A stretch of 20,000 nucleotides of DNA, from IMG/VR virus record IMGVR_UViG_3300038441_002670. The stretch is one strand, 5' to 3'. Shown here piece by piece: positions 15,015 through 20,000 of this stretch (its first letter is position 1; the number at the start of each line of letters is the position of its first letter). The notes below the pieces were generated by a model, which was not told the origin of the DNA, ran no database searches, and saw nothing but the letters and a program-made list of their open reading frames with translations. Position numbers and translations under genes: made by a program. This DNA comes from an uncultured virus (IMG/VR IMGVR_UViG_3300038441_002670). Lineage: Duplodnaviria > Heunggongvirae > Uroviricota > Caudoviricetes.

Positions 15015-15748
15015 GCGACCTCCAGACCACTACGAGCCAGCTCCCGTTGAACGGGCATGCCGTGCCTCCTGCGTGGCAGGGCGTACCCCTCGATACCTTG
15101 GAGCGTATGGAACTCGCCTACCAGGAAATCCAGCGCCGCGATGCGCAGGCGGAAGCCCGGGCGGCGCGCAAGGATCGCCTCGTGCATTTCCTCTGTGGCC
15201 TCCTGGCGGTCTTCGCGGGGCTCCTCGTGTGGATGGCGGTGGACAAGCAGCACATCAAGACGTTTGTCCAGACCGTGCAGGTGACACCGGAGGGCACGCT
15301 GGTGCAACTCGGCGTGCCGCAAAATCTCTACGACTACCAGCCGACCGAGGGGGCCTACCTGGACATGCTGGCGCAGTGGGTGCGCTGGACGCGCTGGCGC
15401 GGGGGCGATGAGCGCATGGCGCGGGTGCAGTGGGCGTGGGCCTATCGGCACGCCTGCGGGATGGCGCACAAACTGCTGAAGGCGGCGGAAGACCGGGAGA
15501 AGCCGTTTAAGCCATCAGGCAGGCGCGTGGCGGTGGAGGTCAAAAGCGTCACGAAGATTGCCGCGCCGGAGAGTTACCAGGTGCTGTGGGAGGAAACTGC
15601 CACGGAACCCAATGCGCCCGCGTCCAAGTCGCAACTCTGGACGGGGACGTATACCGTGGGACGTCGCACCCTGACCTCGATGGACGATGTGCTCGATAAT
15701 CGGCTGGGTATCTGTGTGGCGGCCTACGAAGCCTCTGCTCAGCCCTAG
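15011..15748 (+). CDS. trbF: TrbF/VirB8
   Basis: Single N-terminal TM, FVQTVQV, LAQWVRWTR, WAWAY, SYQVLWEE, NRLGICV. Confidence 0.9.
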   Translation: MSDLQTTTSQLPLNGHAVPPAWQGVPLDTLERMELAYQEIQRRDAQAEARAARKDRLVHFLCGLLAVFAGLLVWMAVDKQHIKTFVQTVQVTPEGTLVQLGVPQNLYDYQPTEGAYLDMLAQWVRWTRWRGGDERMARVQWAWAYRHACGMAHKLLKAAEDREKPFKPSGRRVAVEVKSVTKIAAPESYQVLWEETATEPNAPASKSQLWTGTYTVGRRTLTSMDDVLDNRLGICVAAYEASAQP

Positions 15749-15758
15749 GGAGGGTCCT

Positions 15759-16718
15759 ATGCGCTGCTGGTATTTGCTGCTCGTGGTGGGACTGCTCGGT
15801 GGTTGTCCGTCGCCAGAGCCCCCACCGCCACCCGTGCCGCCCCCAGCCGAGGACCTCTCGACCTGGACCGTGCCAGTGCTGGTGCAGCCCGAGCGCTCTG
15901 TCCCGCGTCCGCAGGCGGTGCGCCCTGCGACGCTCCCCGTCGGGGCCGCTGAGAAAGTGCTGGCCTACAAGCCGGGCGTGGTGGTCGAGGTGTCGGTCGC
16001 TCCAGGGGCGCCCCTCGATATCGTCTTCGAGGAAGGGGAGCAAGTGCGGCAGATTGTGGACGGCGATCGTGCCCCCGCCGCCGAGGGCCAGCATCGCCGC
16101 TGGGAGGTGAAAGAAGGCGCGGACGGCGCAGGCCCCACGCTGAGGCCGCACGTGTTTGTCACGACGACCGAGCCGGGCCTGGTGAACGGCCTGACGATTA
16201 CGACGACGCGGCGCACGTATCTCGTCACCTGCAAGAGCGTAGCGCACACCCCGGTTCGCGTGCTGCGCTGGCTCTATGCCCCAGACAGCCGTCCCCCGAC
16301 GCCAGAGGCGCCTACCGACGCGCCCGGGCTCCTGCCGCATCCCGAGCAGCCCATGCGCTACCACATCGGCTATCGCCTGGAGGCGCAGGGGCGCATGCCC
16401 GACTGGACCCCGCGTGGCCTGTTTGACGACGGCAAGAAAATGTACATCGTGTATCCCGAGGTGACCCTCTTTGGGACCGTGCCGCTCGTGCGGAAGGTGG
16501 GCCCCAATGGCCCCCAACTCATCAATGCCCGGCAGTACCTCAGCGTGGTCATTCTTGATGAACTCGCAGGGCGTTTGGAGCTTCGCGTGGGCCTGGGTGA
16601 GACCGCAGAGGTTGTGACGATCTCGCGCGGCAATTTACGGACCATTGACTGTCCCAGCCATCCTGAGTGTCCACAATGGCCAGCGGCGGCGGCGGTCCTG
16701 GCCGGGGGCACGCCATGA
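15759..16718 (+). CDS. trbG: TrbG/VirB9 outer-membrane core protein (lipoprotein signal)
   Basis: Lipobox LGGC, YKPG.V.EV..APG...DIVFEEGE, LTITTTRRTY, WTPRGLFDDGKKMYI. Confidence 0.92.
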   Translation: MRCWYLLLVVGLLGGCPSPEPPPPPVPPPAEDLSTWTVPVLVQPERSVPRPQAVRPATLPVGAAEKVLAYKPGVVVEVSVAPGAPLDIVFEEGEQVRQIVDGDRAPAAEGQHRRWEVKEGADGAGPTLRPHVFVTTTEPGLVNGLTITTTRRTYLVTCKSVAHTPVRVLRWLYAPDSRPPTPEAPTDAPGLLPHPEQPMRYHIGYRLEAQGRMPDWTPRGLFDDGKKMYIVYPEVTLFGTVPLVRKVGPNGPQLINARQYLSVVILDELAGRLELRVGLGETAEVVTISRGNLRTIDCPSHPECPQWPAAAAVLAGGTP

Positions 16719-17860
16719 ACCCGGCCACGTATACCCACACGGCGTCGGCCCCGCGCGTGGTGCACCTGCGGGCGGGTCGGCTCCTCCTCCTCGCCTTCCT
16801 CGTGCTGGCGCTCATGGCAGCGGTCGCGTTCTGGCTGGTGTCCCGACCGAAGCCGCCCTCCTCGCAGCCGCTGCCCGAGGCCACGACGACCAATCCCGCA
16901 TGGATGAAACAGGCGACCGCGTATCTCCCCGAGGACCCGTTCCAGGTCAAAGCGGCGGTCGCTGCGCCACCACCCACGCCGGATCGCAGCGAGGAGGTGC
17001 TCCACGCGCTCGCTGGGCTGCGCACCGAGTCGCAGGCGACGCGGGAGGCCCTGGCGAAGATGCAGCAAGACAGTCATGCGTTGCGGCAAGACGTCGAAGC
17101 GCTGAAGCAACGGCCCGCGCCGCTGCCCCCGCCACGCACCCCGCCACCGCCTCCAGCACCAGCGAAGACGCCCACTCCGCCCAGCAAGCCGGGGGGCATG
17201 CTCTTTATCACGCACGATCTCAAGGAAGTGCCACCGCCACCGGCCCGGCCCGAGTACACGCTGGCACCCGGGGCTACGAAACTACCCTGTATTATTGAAT
17301 CTGCCATGAATAGCGACGTACCCGGCTACTTTACGGCCAAGGTCACGGCCAATGTCTTCGACACCGCCACCGGTCGCCATCTCCTGGTCCCGCAGGGCTC
17401 GACCATCCTGGGCCATGACCAGACAGGGAGTCTTGTCTATGGCAATGAGCGCATGGATACCGTGAGTCTCAAGCTCGCGCTCCCCGATGGTCGGACGGTC
17501 GATCTGGGACGAGCCCCGGTGACGGATCAGCGAGGCATCGCCGGTGTGACCCAGCGGGTTTCTCAACACTACGGTAGATTACTTGCCGCTGTGCTGATTC
17601 AGGGCGCCCTGCGGGGTGGCGCAACTGCGGTGACCACGGCGGCGGCGGGGGCATCAGGGGCCAGTGCCATCGTGTCCGGGGTGGCGACGCAGGGCTCCCA
17701 GACAGGGACTACAGTTACCGGCCCCCTCCTAAGCACTCGCCCAACGATAGAGGTGGATAGCGGCTATCTCTGCCAGACGATTCTCCTAGAGCCGCTGCGG
17801 CTGCCCGCGATGTGGCAAGACGGCGAACCGCGTGAACCTGTGCAGACAAAGAAGAGGTGA
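16715..17860 (+). CDS. trbI: TrbI/VirB10
   Basis: N-terminal TM, Pro-rich linker, AMNSDVPG..TAKVTANVFDTATGRHLLVPQGSTILG, D..GIAG, RPTIEV..G. Confidence 0.93.
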   Translation: MNPATYTHTASAPRVVHLRAGRLLLLAFLVLALMAAVAFWLVSRPKPPSSQPLPEATTTNPAWMKQATAYLPEDPFQVKAAVAAPPPTPDRSEEVLHALAGLRTESQATREALAKMQQDSHALRQDVEALKQRPAPLPPPRTPPPPPAPAKTPTPPSKPGGMLFITHDLKEVPPPPARPEYTLAPGATKLPCIIESAMNSDVPGYFTAKVTANVFDTATGRHLLVPQGSTILGHDQTGSLVYGNERMDTVSLKLALPDGRTVDLGRAPVTDQRGIAGVTQRVSQHYGRLLAAVLIQGALRGGATAVTTAAAGASGASAIVSGVATQGSQTGTTVTGPLLSTRPTIEVDSGYLCQTILLEPLRLPAMWQDGEPREPVQTKKR

Positions 17861-17863
17861 ACC

Positions 17864-18235
17864 ATGACAAGCACTGACCGTGTAACGAAGCTCGAACGTG
17901 CCGCAGAGAAAGCGCGTAGAGAGAAAGCGAAGCTCGAAGAGATCGAGCGCCTGGCGAAAGAGAGCCGGGCGGCTCAGCGCAAGACGATCCTCCAGGCCGA
18001 GGCGGCGGTCCGGGAAGAGACCCGGAAGGCCACCAACAAACGCCGCTACTACGTGGGCTTTCTGGCGGAGGAAGCCGGGCTGTTTACGTGGAGCAACGCC
18101 GACCTTCAGAAAATCTTTCTGGCCGTCGCACGCCTGGGGGAGACGCCCAGTCCTGGGGCGGTCCTAGAGAGCCTGCTCCTCGATGTTCCTGCTGGCAGTG
18201 TCGGTATCACCTCAGAGGGTATGGCAACGCCATAG
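17864..18235 (+). CDS. TraD/MobS-like relaxosome accessory protein
   Basis: Coiled coil followed by RKATNKRRYYVGFLAEEAGL, resembling the R..RTR.LI.LG.LV.KAGL motif of the TraD/TraC accessory proteins of MobQ systems. Adjacent to oriT and relaxase. Confidence 0.7.
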   Translation: MTSTDRVTKLERAAEKARREKAKLEEIERLAKESRAAQRKTILQAEAAVREETRKATNKRRYYVGFLAEEAGLFTWSNADLQKIFLAVARLGETPSPGAVLESLLLDVPAGSVGITSEGMATP

Positions 18236-18250
18236 CCTTAACGCGCCAGG
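18216..18250 (+). other. Putative MobQ-type origin of transfer (oriT)
   Basis: AGGGTATGGC-AAC-GCCATAGCCT (10-bp arms, one mismatch, 3-nt loop) directly followed by TAACGCG^CC. Same architecture as the RSF1010 oriT (IR then TAAATGCG^CCCT). About 145 bp upstream of the relaxase. Confidence 0.65.
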
Positions 18251-18392
18251 TTTTCTTTTCCCACACGACCAAAGGGAGAGAACTCCGAACTCCGCTCCTA
18301 GAGACTTCTGAGGAATCTGACCGAAGGGAAGTGACGAAGAAGGGACCAGCGGTAGCGAAAGTTTGCATCCAATGGGGAGGAGGTAGGGCCTC

Positions 18393-19469
18393 GTGGTCCA
18401 TTTTTATATGCGCCGGGATGTCTACAAAAGTGGGGGACAGCAGGCGGTCGGACGGGTGGCCTACATCACCCGCGAACCTGTGCGCAGTCGGGCGGCAGAG
18501 CAGATCGCGTATGTCAGTGGCGCACGAGAAGATTGCGTCGTGAGTGCGAGCCTCAACCTGCCTACCTGGTGTGCGAACGATCCCTATGTCTACTTTGCGG
18601 CGGCGGAGAAACATGAGGGGGTCGGGTGGGTGGCCTTTGAGGAACTCAAGATAGGCCTCCCCGTCGAGTTGACGCATGAGCAAAACATCGCCCTCATCCG
18701 GGACATGGTGCACACGATTGCCGGGGAGCGTTTGCCCATCACCTACGCCTTTCATGCGCCACGGACGATGGATGGGAGCCAGGAACAACCGCATGTGCAT
18801 GTGATCTTCTCCCGGCGACAAACTGATGGGATTGACCGGAGTGCGGCGCAGCATTTTCGCAAATATAACGCGGCGCATCCTGAGCAGGGCGGTGCCCAGA
18901 AAGATCCCTTCTTTGCGGAGCGGCTCGTCCAGCGCCATCTGCGGGTGATGCTGACGGATGTGGTCAATCTCCGTCTGGAGCAGCAGGGCACAGTTGTGCG
19001 GGTAGACCCGCGCTCCTTGCGTGACCGGGGGATTGACCGTGCGCCGGAACCGAAGCTCTTTCCCAAAGAGAGTCGAGAGTACCGGGAGGAGCGCAAGGTC
19101 AGTGCCACAATGGCCGAGGTCCTCGCCATCCGCCAGACGCGCGCCACGCAGCCGCCCCGCGAGCAGAACAACGCCCGGCAGTATTGGGAACAGCGCAAGG
19201 GAGTGCTGGGCCTCACCCGCGACATGCCCCACGAGCAGAAGCTCGCCCAGGTGCTCCTGCGGCGCCATGGCACGATCGAGCGCGTGCCTGAGCGCTACCG
19301 CCCCCTCGTGGCACCGACCACGCACCAGGCCACTACGCGCACGACAGACTTGGTGCAGCAGCTCAAGCGGCTGACGCGACGACTCGCCCCGACACTGGAC
19401 GACAGTGCGACGCAGGGACGGCTCGCCATTCGGCTGCATGAGGAACGCGGGCAGGGGGTCAGTTGGTGA
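18393..19469 (+). CDS. mobA: MobQ-family (MobA/MobL) relaxase, no fused primase/helicase
   Basis: Motif I AVGRVAYITRE (Tyr), motif II FAAAEKHE...EELKIGLPVELT, motif III YAFHAP...QPHVHVIFSRR, plus VDPRSLRDRGIDR. GGAGGAGG RBS. Confidence 0.93.
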   Translation: MVHFYMRRDVYKSGGQQAVGRVAYITREPVRSRAAEQIAYVSGAREDCVVSASLNLPTWCANDPYVYFAAAEKHEGVGWVAFEELKIGLPVELTHEQNIALIRDMVHTIAGERLPITYAFHAPRTMDGSQEQPHVHVIFSRRQTDGIDRSAAQHFRKYNAAHPEQGGAQKDPFFAERLVQRHLRVMLTDVVNLRLEQQGTVVRVDPRSLRDRGIDRAPEPKLFPKESREYREERKVSATMAEVLAIRQTRATQPPREQNNARQYWEQRKGVLGLTRDMPHEQKLAQVLLRRHGTIERVPERYRPLVAPTTHQATTRTTDLVQQLKRLTRRLAPTLDDSATQGRLAIRLHEERGQGVSW

Positions 19470-19495
19470 GGATGCGACACGGAAAGGAGGCGGCG

Positions 19496-20000
19496 ATGCA
19501 ACTGAGAACATGGGTAGCGTTGGCGGTGTGGCTGCTGGCCGCTCCAGCCTGGTCGGCCACGTACTTTGTCGCGCCGTCTGGGTCCGATGGCGCGGGCGGC
19601 GGTGAGGGGTCCCCCTTCCAGACGATTGCGCGCGGCGTGCGGGCGCTTCAGTCCGGTGACACGCTGTACCTGCGTGGTGGCACGTACAACGAAGACCTCG
19701 TGTTCAGCCAGGGCGAGATTCCCAATGGTGGGGGGTCCTGGGCCACAGCCACGACGATCGCCGGGTATCCCGGCGAGAAGGCGATCGTCAAACCACCCCC
19801 GCCATCAGGCCCACAATTTGGCGTGCTCTACTTAGGCGAGGGTGGGGGCTTCAACTGGATGATCTTCGACAATTTGACGTTGGACGGGACGCTCGCCCAG
19901 GGCCAGGTGGCCTTGCTGGGCGGTGACTCGCATCACATCCGCATCAGCAACAGTGATCTGTTTCGGCTGGGGCCGAACGGGGGCGAGACGCAGGGGGGCA
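19496..20000 (+). CDS. Secreted right-handed parallel beta-helix (pectate-lyase-like/DUF1565-type) protein, 3' end outside window
   Basis: Manual translation MQLRTWVALAVWLLAAPAWS|ATYFVAPSGSD...SPFQTIARGVRALQSGDTLYLRGGTYNE...TIAGYPGE...IFDNLTLDG...HHIRISNS. AAGGAGG RBS. Confidence 0.85.
   Translation, partial: MQLRTWVALAVWLLAAPAWSATYFVAPSGSDGAGGGEGSPFQTIARGVRALQSGDTLYLRGGTYNEDLVFSQGEIPNGGGSWATATTIAGYPGEKAIVKPPPPSGPQFGVLYLGEGGGFNWMIFDNLTLDGTLAQGQVALLGGDSHHIRISNSDLFRLGPNGGETQGG

Larger units (their letters stand above)
6565..19469 (+). mobile_element. Conjugative transfer module (P-type Trb/MPF_T T4SS + VirD4 + MobQ relaxase + oriT) of a plasmid, ICE or phage hybrid; element ends not visible
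   Basis: Contiguous co-oriented gene set listed above. No integrase, rep or att site in the window. Confidence 0.85.

Noticed and set aside
17110..17250. C-rich low-complexity repeats
   Set aside because: Explained by the Pro-rich linker of VirB10.
18251..18298. Weak hairpin and GAACTCC-GAACTCC direct repeat downstream of the predicted nick site
   Set aside because: Short and imperfect. It may be an accessory-protein site but cannot be distinguished from chance.
1..20000. Integrase, att sites, replication initiator, virion genes, tRNA/rRNA, CRISPR array; host taxonomy
   Set aside because: None recognisable in the window, so element type (plasmid, ICE or prophage) and host cannot be fixed from this sequence alone.

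Overview
GC-rich window from a mobile element with two modules. Left (1-~4600): a tightly coupled minus-strand operon of phage-like genes. It holds an endonuclease VII-family HNH nuclease running off the window start, several small Cys-rich proteins, a DUF1064-like PD-(D/E)xK nuclease, two tandem paralogous wHTH-like proteins and a disrupted amino-methyltransferase. It is headed by a divergent pair of XRE-HTH regulators with three TTGC-N7-GCA(A/T) operator-like sites between them. Middle (4700-6420): small, mostly membrane ORFs and a third XRE regulator. Right (6565-19469): a co-oriented Trb/P-type conjugation cluster in the order traF peptidase, five small ORFs, VirD4/TraG, trbC-trbD-(extra membrane ORF)-trbE-(lipoprotein)-trbJ-trbL-trbF-trbG-trbI, a TraD-like accessory gene, an RSF1010-like oriT and a MobQ (MobA/MobL) relaxase. 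A secreted beta-helix protein follows and runs off the window end. Notable points: no VirB11/TrbB at its usual position; VirB4 Walker B reads DD rather than DE; A/T-ending synonymous codon patches sit on conserved catalytic motifs; a 7-nt insertion splits the MTase HPAK motif; and two unrelated genes share a two-hairpin leader with a putative antisense promoter. All family calls come from motif recognition by eye, with no database searches.
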